Shown here piece by piece: positions 32,614-41,923 of a stretch of DNA of 64,000 nt; positions within the stretch are counted from its first letter, which is position 1, and every line of letters starts with the position of its first letter. A program made the translations under genes and the position numbers. The notes below the pieces were generated by a model. It was not told the DNA's origin. It was given only the letters and a program-made list of their open reading frames with translations, and did no database searches. The DNA is from a virus, in the IMG/VR virus record IMGVR_UViG_3300021335_000003; one strand, 5' to 3'.

Positions 32614-33162
32614 ATGCAGATAAAACGTTATGTGTGCTTTGAAGAAGACGGATCTATTTACAAAATTACAAATAAACCAGATGATAGGTTTCAAAACTTA
32701 GAAGTAGATTTTTCTGAGGTAGAGGATTTTATTACAGGTAAACGTAGTTTGTTAGAACACAAAGTTGAGTTTGATTTTATTGAAAAAAAATATAACATCA
32801 AAAGTCAAAAACAACTTAACGATGATAAGCTCATGTGGGCATTTTTATATGAGATTCCTACAACTATGCCGGAAGAAAAGCAAATAGTTATTACAAAAAA
32901 TAACTTAAAAAAACAATGGCAATTGTCAATTGACGAAGAATTTGAAAAACAAATTAATGATCAAAAAATTACAATTGATATGACTAACTATTTCTTTAGT
33001 GTTACTAAACAAAGTGATCCAAACGTGCTGTACAAACTGCTTAACTTTGATGAAACAATGCAATTACCATTTACAGAAGATTTTGAATTTGACGATAGCA
33101 AAATTTCAGTATATACTACACGTAGATTTGATTCTTATTACTACGAGGAAATAAATGAGTAA
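32614..33162 (+). CDS. Hypothetical protein (182 aa, acidic)
   Basis: ORF tightly packed within the operon; no motif recognised. Confidence 0.55.
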   Translation: MQIKRYVCFEEDGSIYKITNKPDDRFQNLEVDFSEVEDFITGKRSLLEHKVEFDFIEKKYNIKSQKQLNDDKLMWAFLYEIPTTMPEEKQIVITKNNLKKQWQLSIDEEFEKQINDQKITIDMTNYFFSVTKQSDPNVLYKLLNFDETMQLPFTEDFEFDDSKISVYTTRRFDSYYYEEINE

Positions 33163-34069
33163 TACATTTAGAGTTGTTGACTATGACATTATCTATCTAA
33201 GTTATGATGAACCAAATGCAGAAAAAAACTTTGCAGATTTAGTAAGCAAATGTCCATGGGCTGAACACGTCAGCGGAGTAAAGGGCAGTGATAGTGCGCA
33301 CAAAGCCGCAGCAGAAAAATCAACAACAGACAGATTTATTACAGTAGATGCTGATAACATTATAAATGATAACTTTTTAAACCAAGTAATCGATTTTGAC
33401 GAAAACACAGATTTGACAAACAAAGTTATAAGTTGGACTGCAAAAAACATTATCAACGGACTTAGTTACGGTAACGGCGGACTAAAGTGTTGGCCTAAAC
33501 AGCATGTGTTAAACATGCGCACACACGAGAATGCACCTGCAGATAATCCACATGCACAAGTAGATTTTTGTTGGGATACACAATATATTCAAATGAACGG
33601 CACATTTAGCACTATTCATAACAATGCTACACCACAACAAGCATGGCGTGCTGGATTCCGTGAAGGTGTTAAAATGGCACTAGATCAGGGTGTGCGTCCA
33701 GACTATGAAGGATTTAAACGCAATCACTGGAAAAACTTACACAGACTTTACATTTGGCTAATGGTAGGAGCCGATGTTGAAAACGGACGTTGGGCAATAC
33801 ATGGTGCTAGAGAAGGTTTATACAAGACCATGTGTACTGACTGGGATTATATTAATGTACGTGATTTTGATTATTTAAACGATTATTGGAGCAATAAAGA
33901 TATTGCCGATATGGAAGAACAAACAGAAGAGCTCGGTGCTAAATTGATACATGAATTAGATATTCCAATTGCAGAAGAATGTTTAAATGCACAACAAAGT
34001 GCATTCTTTAAAAGTGTATATCAAAATCCTGTAAGAGATAACAGTACAAAATTTTTAGATAGAGAGTAA
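33155..34069 (+). CDS. Glycosyltransferase-like protein (GT-A, DxD)
   Basis: 'IIYLSYDEPNA', 'FITVDADN', 'NGLSYGNGGLKCW' and 'AWRAGFREGVK'; paralog of the C-terminal domain of 38579-39613. Confidence 0.6.
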   Translation: MSNTFRVVDYDIIYLSYDEPNAEKNFADLVSKCPWAEHVSGVKGSDSAHKAAAEKSTTDRFITVDADNIINDNFLNQVIDFDENTDLTNKVISWTAKNIINGLSYGNGGLKCWPKQHVLNMRTHENAPADNPHAQVDFCWDTQYIQMNGTFSTIHNNATPQQAWRAGFREGVKMALDQGVRPDYEGFKRNHWKNLHRLYIWLMVGADVENGRWAIHGAREGLYKTMCTDWDYINVRDFDYLNDYWSNKDIADMEEQTEELGAKLIHELDIPIAEECLNAQQSAFFKSVYQNPVRDNSTKFLDRE

Positions 34070-34071
34070 TA

Positions 34072-35445
34072 ATGGAGCGCAGCGAAAGTGAAGAAATAAA
34101 GCGCATTGATGGTATAACACAAGAAATATCACCAACGTTTTGTTTTGCAAAATGGTATCATGCTAACATATATTTCCAAACAGGTGAAACACACAGTTGT
34201 TATCATCCTGCTCCTCATAAGATTGACACAGCACCGTTATTAGAAAATCCAAGTGCAATACACAACACAGCACAAAAGAAACAAGAACGTGCTGCTATGA
34301 TGCGTGGTGAACAACCTAGTGGTTGTAACTACTGTTGGAAAATTGAAGCACTTGGTAAAGATTATGTCAGTGATAGAAAGCAGCGTAATCAAACTATTTT
34401 CTTCAAGCATAGACTGAATGCTGTAAAAGAAGGTGGTGCAGAGTTTGACGTTAATCCAGAATACTTGGAAGTATCATTTGGCAACGAATGTAACTTTAGA
34501 TGCGGATATTGTCATCCAAAAGCAAGCAGCAGATATTATCAAGAAATCAAACAACATGGTCCTTACACAAATGTTAAAAATCACAGATGTGATATTGACT
34601 GGTTTCAGATATTTGAAGAAGAAAACAATCCGTATTTAGATGCGTTTTGGCGTTGGTGGCCTGAGCTTAGTAAAGAGCTGCACATTCTGCGCATTACAGG
34701 CGGAGAGCCAACAATACAACAAAGCACGTACAAACTGTTTGATATGTTAGACGCAGATCCTAAGCCCGAACTAGAACTAAACTGTAACAGCAACTTAGGC
34801 GGCAAACCAAAGCAGTTAGAAAAGTTTACAAACCGTGTAAATGATTTGCTTACAAATAATAAAATTCGACGTTTTAAAATGTTCACTAGTATTGACACTT
34901 GGGGCAAACGTGCAGAATACATACGTGACGGATTAGACATAGAAGTGTTTGAACGCAATTTGGATTATTTTATGCGTAACTGTGAAGCACCTATGGTGTT
35001 GATGATTACGTTTAACATATTCAGTGTAACAACATTCCGCACACTATTAGAAAAGATCTTAGAATGGCGTGCAAAATACAATGATGTAGAAACACACAGA
35101 TGGCAACGTTTGGGTTTTGATACACCGCATCTAAAAGAGCCGCTGCAATATGATATTAACATTTTGCCAAACAACTATATGACCTATATGCGTGACCATT
35201 TGCAGTTTATAAAAGAAAATGTAGATGACAATCGCAAAGATGCGTTTAGCACTATTGAGTATGAAAAATTTAGACGTGTTGTTGATTATATGGATACAAC
35301 AGAATATCCACTAGAAAAAGTTATACAAGGGCGTAGAGATTTCCACAACTTCTTTGAAGAACAAGGACGCAGACGTGGAGTTGATCACAAACAAGTATTT
35401 CCAGAAATGTCAGACTTTTTTGAGTTGTGCAGCAAATACGTCTAG
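34072..35445 (+). CDS. Radical SAM enzyme with N-terminal Twitch/SPASM-like Cys domain
   Basis: CNFRCGYC and ITGGEP; N-terminal C..KW...SCYH...CNYC. Confidence 0.9.
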   Translation: MERSESEEIKRIDGITQEISPTFCFAKWYHANIYFQTGETHSCYHPAPHKIDTAPLLENPSAIHNTAQKKQERAAMMRGEQPSGCNYCWKIEALGKDYVSDRKQRNQTIFFKHRLNAVKEGGAEFDVNPEYLEVSFGNECNFRCGYCHPKASSRYYQEIKQHGPYTNVKNHRCDIDWFQIFEEENNPYLDAFWRWWPELSKELHILRITGGEPTIQQSTYKLFDMLDADPKPELELNCNSNLGGKPKQLEKFTNRVNDLLTNNKIRRFKMFTSIDTWGKRAEYIRDGLDIEVFERNLDYFMRNCEAPMVLMITFNIFSVTTFRTLLEKILEWRAKYNDVETHRWQRLGFDTPHLKEPLQYDINILPNNYMTYMRDHLQFIKENVDDNRKDAFSTIEYEKFRRVVDYMDTTEYPLEKVIQGRRDFHNFFEEQGRRRGVDHKQVFPEMSDFFELCSKYV

Positions 35446-36024
35446 TACCTGTTTTGACTCAGGCCATTGTACTTTAGACAGATCATTTAACCAGTGTTCA
35501 ACATCAACTTTCCAAAATGTTTGGAATGCACCTTTGTACTCTAGTTCAAATGGATCTTTAAGATATCCATGACGTGACATAATTTTAGCCCAAGTTCTAT
35601 GCACTTTGCGTTGGCTTGCTGTTTCTAGGTTATTTGTGCTTACATACATTGGCTTTTCTAGCCCTAAGTAATAAAAACAAGCAGGTGTAAGCATCTGACT
35701 TGTGTGATGATTCATAGGGCTACGATCATTGTTATGTACTTTGTGTCCTCTTATGTCATCTACACGTTCAATAAGCAATGCTGTACGTGCAGCAATACGA
35801 TGTGCATTTTTGCCAAGTATGCCCAATTGTTTTAAACTATGTGTGATTGTTGTACCTATTACTCTGTCTTTATAATACAAAAGTATTAGTGTAGCATCTT
35901 CGTGCTTATCAATATAATCAATAAGCACTGTTTTGTTATGGTTGTTGTAAAAGCCTCTAGCAGCAGCACCTTCGTACCAATCTGCTAGATCTTGTGTTCC
36001 GTCATAAACTTCTAGTCTATACAA
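35410..36024 (-). CDS. Hypothetical protein, possibly GNAT-fold acyltransferase-like
   Basis: Probable TTG start at 36024 overlaps the ligase stop (ORF is open to 36060). Beta-alpha pattern 'LILLYYKDRVIGT...HRIAAR...MYVSTN'; the fold call is weak. Confidence 0.4.
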   Translation of the reverse strand: MYRLEVYDGTQDLADWYEGAAARGFYNNHNKTVLIDYIDKHEDATLILLYYKDRVIGTTITHSLKQLGILGKNAHRIAARTALLIERVDDIRGHKVHNNDRSPMNHHTSQMLTPACFYYLGLEKPMYVSTNNLETASQRKVHRTWAKIMSRHGYLKDPFELEYKGAFQTFWKVDVEHWLNDLSKVQWPESKQVLDVFAAQLKKV

Positions 36025-37006
36025 AAACTTGCGTCCTGTCAATCTTACGTAGATTATCATCTACTTTAATTTCATCTACTTTTTTAGCTTTAATTTCGTA
36101 TGCGCATTTGTGTTGTTTTGTGAACTGTGTAATATCTAAATCGCCTGTGTAATATACAACACATTCGTGTGCAACTTTTCTACATAGTGCTAAACTTGCA
36201 CCATTTTCAATCGCAACTTTTTCAATTTGCTCTGGATAAACTCTGTCACCACAATTTTCCATTTTAAATGCATTGAATCTACGCCCTGATAGTGCAAACT
36301 CATCTGCGTCTGTAAATTCTACTAGATCGCCACTGTTCCACCATTCTGTTTGATCTTTGTACTTGCAGCAGAACTCAGTTGTGCCATCATCGTGTTTCTC
36401 AAACTTGTATTCAATATTAGGATTTATATCACTAAACTTATACACGTCTTGGCGTTCTGTGCTCATAATAACCGGAGGTACTTCTGTGCTGCCGTAACCT
36501 GTGTTAACCTGTTTTGCTCCTTTTGAACGCAAATCTTCCATTAGTCCTGTAGGAGTAATGTCACTGCCTACCTGCATTTGCTTCATACAACTTAAATCCA
36601 AGTTTTTCCATTTCTTGTGTCTATGCCAAGTTTTCCAAACATTAGGAAGTATCAACATATTTGTCGGCTGTACTTCACGAATTCTATCTGGTAGATTGGC
36701 AACTGTTGTCTCAATAAATGTATCACAGTTTGCAACGTGACAAGGATATAGGCTCATACTTGTAAAACCAATGCCTCTAGGATTGTATAATGCCATCATA
36801 CTACTGTTTGAATCAAGCATGAAATATTCTGCATTGTATTCTGCAACTTTGCGCATTAGTTTTGCACTGTGTTGATATGTTTTAGGATTACCAGTTGTAC
36901 CGCTGGTAGTCACTGTAATATTCCAATTTTCTAAATAGTTAATAACTGCTGATCTCACGTGATCATTGTTACTTTCCATATAGGGTATGCCGTCAATATA
37001 GATCAT
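36017..37006 (-). CDS. Compact adenylate-forming (acyl-CoA synthetase/AMP-binding) enzyme
   Basis: TTSGTTGNPK (A3), GYGSTE (A5), SGDL (A7), GR (A8), 'VYPEQIE' and RKIDR (A10); GGAGG RBS. Confidence 0.85.
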   Translation of the reverse strand: MIYIDGIPYMESNNDHVRSAVINYLENWNITVTTSGTTGNPKTYQHSAKLMRKVAEYNAEYFMLDSNSSMMALYNPRGIGFTSMSLYPCHVANCDTFIETTVANLPDRIREVQPTNMLILPNVWKTWHRHKKWKNLDLSCMKQMQVGSDITPTGLMEDLRSKGAKQVNTGYGSTEVPPVIMSTERQDVYKFSDINPNIEYKFEKHDDGTTEFCCKYKDQTEWWNSGDLVEFTDADEFALSGRRFNAFKMENCGDRVYPEQIEKVAIENGASLALCRKVAHECVVYYTGDLDITQFTKQHKCAYEIKAKKVDEIKVDDNLRKIDRTQVFV

Positions 37007-37036
37007 GCTGAATACACCTCCAAATTTGTAATTTTA

Positions 37037-37064
37037 ATTATAGCACAGATTTAGTGTAAGTCAA
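37037..37064 (-). promoter_or_regulatory. Sigma70-type promoter TTGACT-N16-TATAAT with extended -10 (TGc)
   Basis: Minus strand: -35 at 37064-37059, -10 at 37042-37037, upstream of the ligase and overlapping the end of the fibre-like gene. Confidence 0.65.
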
Positions 37065-38508
37065 TCCAATTGTTACCATCGTAACCTTGAAATTTATTAG
37101 TATTAACATTAAAGATAATCATGCCTGCTTCAGCAACCATGCTATCTCTATCTGCAAAAGTAGTACCTCTTGCTTTGAATACCGGTACAGTTAAAACACC
37201 ATCACCGTCAAAGCTCAAACGTCTTGGATTTGTTTGGTCGTGATTATCACTGCCTTTTGGCAAACTCACAACAAATTTACTTTCTACATATGTATCAGTT
37301 GGTGCTGCATCTGCATAGATACCAAACAAGCCACCAGTAACAAAATCTGATCCATTGTAACCTTCGCCTGAAACAATTGCTAGTGGATTATCTGTTCCTA
37401 CAGCAGTTTTTGCATTTACTGTTCCGTTGTATTTTTTAACATTTAAAAATTCTTCATCTGCACTAGTTTCCACTGTGATTGCATCTGAAAAAATATTCAC
37501 ATCGCAATCAATTGCATCCGTAATATAGCCACCAATTGTTACTACACCATTTACGGGGTGTAACACTGTTCCTTGCGCACTAGCAGTTAAAGCATCTTGC
37601 GCACCGTTTTCATCACTGTATATAAAGTTACCATCAAAATTTCCTCTAATAGTAGCAGGTGCAGTATCACAGTCTGGATCAATAGGATCGTGTAGTGTAA
37701 TAATTTCTTGGCCATTGTAATGATGCACATGCGCACGTAATGCAGTATCTGCTCTTGTAGCGCCAAGCATGACAATCGGGCCACGGGCTAAGTCATCATC
37801 GGCAGGTGCTATATGGTGTTCTAATCCACCGTAAAAACTATATTGAGGATGAGTTATTGTAGTGTTTAAGTTTGTTATGTTTGTGGTATCTGGAGCACCT
37901 TCGTATGTGTCTAAATTTGTACCGATTAAATGCCCGTTTAAATTACCTACAATATTACCTGTAACGTTACCTACCAAATCTCCTGTAACATCGCCTGTGT
38001 GTTCGCCTACACTGTTACCAAAAAATTCACCATATGAAGTACCATTGAAGTCTCCACTGAATGTGCCATACACAACACCTTCACTTGTGATGTTTCCATA
38101 TACATCACCATATAGATCGCCTGTAATTGTTGTAGCAGTTACAGTTCTATTTGTAGCATCAACGATTGTTGTACCTTCTGGATCAACAACGTTTCCATAA
38201 ACAGGAGCATTGATTCTAGCATTTATACCGTCAATAAGTTTTGTTGCGCCACTGTTATCATATACACTACCTGATACATCTGCTTTAAACAAACGTTCGC
38301 TTGCATTATATACAACATTACCTTCTGGATCGTGTATATCACCAACCAATGGTCCATACAATTTTCCTGTAGATACATCAACTTGTATTAATCCTTCGTT
38401 GGATACAACATCTGCTTTAATAACACCTTGCCAACTATCAACAAGTGTAGATTCATCTGCGCCTACAATATCTAATCTATATGCTTCACCTGGTATAAAA
38501 TCTGCCAT
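37051..38508 (-). CDS. Fibre-like virion protein embedded in the enzyme cluster
   Basis: G-D/N-V/L-x tetrapeptide repeats (GDVTGDLVGNVTGNIVGNLNG) as in 22905-24923; C-terminal 'RDSMVAEAGMIIFNVNTNKFQGYDGNNW'; GGAGG RBS. Confidence 0.7.
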   Translation of the reverse strand: MADFIPGEAYRLDIVGADESTLVDSWQGVIKADVVSNEGLIQVDVSTGKLYGPLVGDIHDPEGNVVYNASERLFKADVSGSVYDNSGATKLIDGINARINAPVYGNVVDPEGTTIVDATNRTVTATTITGDLYGDVYGNITSEGVVYGTFSGDFNGTSYGEFFGNSVGEHTGDVTGDLVGNVTGNIVGNLNGHLIGTNLDTYEGAPDTTNITNLNTTITHPQYSFYGGLEHHIAPADDDLARGPIVMLGATRADTALRAHVHHYNGQEIITLHDPIDPDCDTAPATIRGNFDGNFIYSDENGAQDALTASAQGTVLHPVNGVVTIGGYITDAIDCDVNIFSDAITVETSADEEFLNVKKYNGTVNAKTAVGTDNPLAIVSGEGYNGSDFVTGGLFGIYADAAPTDTYVESKFVVSLPKGSDNHDQTNPRRLSFDGDGVLTVPVFKARGTTFADRDSMVAEAGMIIFNVNTNKFQGYDGNNWIDLH

Positions 38509-38525
38509 AACGTCCTCCGCTACAT

Positions 38526-38533
38526 TATTTATC
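38526..38533 (-). promoter_or_regulatory. Putative late promoter (GATAAATA) for the embedded fibre-like gene
   Basis: Same motif as 4547, 22272 and 26808, on the minus strand 18 nt upstream of the start. Confidence 0.6.
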
Positions 38534-38543
38534 TATTCTGTTC

Positions 38544-38572
38544 TTGACTTCGAAGTTAAGTTATCATATAAT
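38544..38572 (+). promoter_or_regulatory. Sigma70-type promoter TTGACT-N17-TATAAT (likely leaderless transcript)
   Basis: -35 at 38544-38549, -10 at 38567-38572, ATG at 38579, no SD. Confidence 0.75.
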
Positions 38573-38578
38573 TACATT

Positions 38579-39613
38579 ATGTATGATATTTTTTACATAG
38601 GCAATCCGTCTAAATTACAATTTACCAAACTTAAAACTAGATTTCCTACAGCAAAATATGCTGAAGATGTTCCACAAGCAAAACGTAAAAGTCTTACAAA
38701 AATGCTTTGGATTGTTTATGATAACCTTGTGGTTAATGAAGACTTTGATTTTAATTATACAGTTAATGAATATAATGACACATATACTCACGTATTCAAG
38801 AATGGTGATTTTTATGACGGTATATGTTTAATGCCAAAAAATAGTCATCATGGACCAGGTGAATTAAAAGCAAGATTTTATATTAACAAAAAGTTTGTAG
38901 AAATACAAGCAAGTATGCCTATGGCATCTAATTTTGATAAAGTTTTTATCAGTTACAATGAGCCAAATGCAGACGAAAATTATGAGCGTATATTAGAACG
39001 TTTTCCAGATGTAAAACGCATACACGGTGTAAAAGGAATTCATCAAGCACACATAGCCGCTGCTAGTTTATGTGAAACAGAAATGTTTTGGATTATAGAC
39101 GGTGATGCACAACTGATGGATGATTTTGCATTTGATTATATTCCAGAACATCATAATCAAGGTGCTGTGCATGTGTGGAGAAGTTTAAATCCGGTAAATG
39201 GGTTAGTATATGGCTATGGTGGTATAAAACTGTTTCCTACAAAACTAACTTTAACAATGGATACAAGCAAACCTGATATGACAACCAGTATTAGTGACAA
39301 GTTTGTAGCCATGAATAAAATTTCTAATATTACAGCTTTTAACACTGATCCTTTTAACACATGGAAAAGTGCTTTTAGAGAATGTGTCAAATTGAGTAGT
39401 AAAATTATTGACAGACAAAAAGACGAAGAAACAAATAAAAGATTGAGAACTTGGTGTATATATACAGAAAATGATCCTCCTTTTGCAGAATATGCGTTAA
39501 AAGGTGCAAAAGCTGGCGCTGCTTATGGTGCTCGTCACAGAAACAATACCGAAGAATTGAAACGTATCAATGACTTTGACTGGTTGAAGGAAAAGTTTGA
39601 TGGAAATATTTGA
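38579..39613 (+). CDS. Two-domain glycosyltransferase-like protein
   Basis: True start is probably MYDIFYIG (38579) rather than the ORF-track 38210. Tandem domains: 'TKMLWIVYDN' and 'FISYNEPNA...TEMFWIIDGDA...NGLVYGYGGIKLFP...WKSAFRECVK'. Confidence 0.65.
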   Translation: MYDIFYIGNPSKLQFTKLKTRFPTAKYAEDVPQAKRKSLTKMLWIVYDNLVVNEDFDFNYTVNEYNDTYTHVFKNGDFYDGICLMPKNSHHGPGELKARFYINKKFVEIQASMPMASNFDKVFISYNEPNADENYERILERFPDVKRIHGVKGIHQAHIAAASLCETEMFWIIDGDAQLMDDFAFDYIPEHHNQGAVHVWRSLNPVNGLVYGYGGIKLFPTKLTLTMDTSKPDMTTSISDKFVAMNKISNITAFNTDPFNTWKSAFRECVKLSSKIIDRQKDEETNKRLRTWCIYTENDPPFAEYALKGAKAGAAYGARHRNNTEELKRINDFDWLKEKFDGNI

Positions 39614-40640
39614 AATACTAGATAGATTTGAATTATTAAATAAAAATAATACAAATTTTGAATTGCTACGTAGATCATATGTTGATGAAGATTTGCACAG
39701 TATTCTTAAATTAAGTAATAATGAAGAATTGCGTAAAGCAATTTTAGAAAAAAATATTCATAGTATTTTTAGGATTGTTGAAAACAAAAGATGTATAGGC
39801 GATCTAGAGGATTTGCGTAAAGCGGTTTTAGAAAATAATTTACACAGTTTGTTTAGATTATTACCAGGTAATGAAGATTTACGCAAGGCAGTCATTGAAA
39901 ATAATATTTACAGTATTTTTAGACTTACAAAAAATGAAGATTTAAAAAAATTAGTTACTGATAATAATATATGGAGTTTATTTAAATTACTTAATACATA
40001 TACAGAAAGTTATTTTGTAAAAGCACTAAAAGATATAATAACAAATGATATTAATTTTGATAAAGATTGTTTAAGCCGGGGACAAATTAAAAGTAAAATG
40101 TGGCTAGTAGAAACAATACAAGACCTTGATTTAGATTTAGGCACAGTATTTCTATGTGCAGGATGGTATGCCACACTAGCAACAATGCTTTTTGAAAGTG
40201 ACGCAAAAATAAATAAGATTGTAAGTTTTGATTCAGATCCTAATGTTTGGAAAATTGCAGAAATTTTTAATAAAAAATGGGTGTTAGAAGATTGGCGATT
40301 TAAAGCATGTACTCAAGATATACATGAAATTATGTTTGATGAGCACATATATGAAGTAAATAAAAGTGATGGAACAAAAGAAACATTATGGGGATATCCT
40401 AATACTGTAATTAACACAAGTACAGAACATATTAATGATTATGAAAATTGGTATAATAATATTTTAGATAATCAATTGCTTGTATTACAAGGTAACAATT
40501 ATTTTGAAATCAATGAACATGTTAATTGTTCAAATGATTTAAATGAATTTAGTAAAAAATCGCCTATGAGTAAAGTTTTATATGAAGGTGAGTTAGAACT
40601 ATATAGATATAAAAGGTTTATGAAAATTGGATATAAATGA
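39600..40640 (+). CDS. Class I SAM-dependent methyltransferase-like protein with N-terminal helical repeats
   Basis: 'VFLCAGWYATLA' (motif I-like), 'IVSFDSD', 'VINTSTEH' and 'LQGNNY'; ATG at 39600. Confidence 0.65.
   Translation: MEIFEILDRFELLNKNNTNFELLRRSYVDEDLHSILKLSNNEELRKAILEKNIHSIFRIVENKRCIGDLEDLRKAVLENNLHSLFRLLPGNEDLRKAVIENNIYSIFRLTKNEDLKKLVTDNNIWSLFKLLNTYTESYFVKALKDIITNDINFDKDCLSRGQIKSKMWLVETIQDLDLDLGTVFLCAGWYATLATMLFESDAKINKIVSFDSDPNVWKIAEIFNKKWVLEDWRFKACTQDIHEIMFDEHIYEVNKSDGTKETLWGYPNTVINTSTEHINDYENWYNNILDNQLLVLQGNNYFEINEHVNCSNDLNEFSKKSPMSKVLYEGELELYRYKRFMKIGYK
39687..39993 (+). repeat. Four to five imperfect ~21-aa repeats (E-D/E-L-R-K-A-V/I-x-E-N-N-x-x-S-x-F-R-L)
   Basis: Visible in both protein and DNA (gaagatttacgcaaggca / gaggatttgcgtaaagcg / gaagaattgcgtaaagca). 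Confidence 0.8.
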
Positions 40641-40851
40641 TTTAGATGTTAGGCAATTGCAAAAGGAAAGTGCAAGAGCACTAAGCACTATGCAAGCTAC
40701 AAATAATAATATTTGGCAGTTTAACAAAAAAGCACACCATAATAGCCAAAATTGGTATAAAGCAGTAATTGAATGGTACATAGAGCAATATGGCGATTTA
40801 CCAAGCAAGACCGGACCTGGCAAGGATGTAAAGTTAATATACGATGTATAA
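40627..40851 (+). CDS. Small hypothetical protein (74 aa)
   Basis: TTG start; overlaps both neighbours and exactly fills the gap in the operon. Confidence 0.6.
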   Translation: MDINDLDVRQLQKESARALSTMQATNNNIWQFNKKAHHNSQNWYKAVIEWYIEQYGDLPSKTGPGKDVKLIYDV

Positions 40852-41923
40852 GTATGAAGATATACGTGTAGTTCATTTAGAAAACACACAAAACTGTCAA
40901 GCCAGTTGTCCTATGTGCGATCGAAATCAAAACGGCGGCGCAATAAACCCGCATATTGATCTCAGCGAACTTACACTAGAAGATTGCAAACGCATCTTTG
41001 AACCAGATTTTATCAAACAACTTAACACAATGTACATGTGTGGCAACTTGGGTGATCCTATTGTAGCAAGAGACACATTAGATATATTCAAATACTTTAG
41101 AGAGCATAACAGTAAAATGTGGCTCTCTATGAACACAAATGCAGGAGCAAAAGATGAAACATGGTGGCGTGAACTTGCCCAAGTCTTTGGTAGAATGGGT
41201 GCTGTTATTTTCAGCGTGGATGGTCTTAGTGACACTAATCATTTATACAGGCAGGGTGTTGTCTGGGACAATGTAGAACGCAACATGCGAGCATTTATAG
41301 ATGCTGGCGGCAGAGCACGTTGGGACTTTTTAATCTTTGAACACAACCAACATCAAGTTGAAGAAGCAGAAGCATTAGCAAATGCTTGGGGATGTGAAAG
41401 ATTTATTAAAAAGAAAACAGGCAGATTTGTTACTGCTAGTAGCGAAAAGAAAGAATCTCATCAAGCAGTAAATCGCAAAGGCAAAGAAACACAAAAATTA
41501 TCAAAGCCAAAAGAGGAGTTCCAAAATAATGCAATCAAACAATATGACAAAGTAAAAGACAAACACGGTAGTATGGATGCATACTATAACAGAGCAGAAA
41601 TACAATGCAAAGTTAAAGACGAGGGCAATTTGTTTATTACAGCAGAAGGACTTGCTATGCCCTGTTGTTGGACTGCTGGACGTATGTACAAGTGGTGGCA
41701 CAAAGATCCTAAGGTAGAACAAGTTTGGGACTTCATTGATGACGTAGGCGGCAAAGAAGCAATCAGTGCTAAGAAGCACGGATTAAAGGCTGTTTTTGAT
41801 ACAGGCATATTTGACAACATAGAAAACAGTTGGAGCAAGCCAAGTTGTGCAGATGGCAAGTTAAAAGTATGTAGTATGAAGTGCGGTAAAGAATTTGATC
41901 CTTTTGGAGCTCAATTTAAATGA
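40844..41923 (+). CDS. Radical SAM enzyme with C-terminal Twitch/SPASM-like domain
   Basis: CQASCPMC, CGNLGDP and FSVDG; C-terminal C...PCC...CSMKC. Confidence 0.9.
   Translation: MYKYEDIRVVHLENTQNCQASCPMCDRNQNGGAINPHIDLSELTLEDCKRIFEPDFIKQLNTMYMCGNLGDPIVARDTLDIFKYFREHNSKMWLSMNTNAGAKDETWWRELAQVFGRMGAVIFSVDGLSDTNHLYRQGVVWDNVERNMRAFIDAGGRARWDFLIFEHNQHQVEEAEALANAWGCERFIKKKTGRFVTASSEKKESHQAVNRKGKETQKLSKPKEEFQNNAIKQYDKVKDKHGSMDAYYNRAEIQCKVKDEGNLFITAEGLAMPCCWTAGRMYKWWHKDPKVEQVWDFIDDVGGKEAISAKKHGLKAVFDTGIFDNIENSWSKPSCADGKLKVCSMKCGKEFDPFGAQFK

Noticed and set aside
38210-38578. ORF-track N-terminal extension of the 38210-39613 ORF
   Set aside because: It overlaps the minus-strand fibre-like gene. 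A consensus promoter and a domain-start-like MYDIFYIG place the start at 38579.
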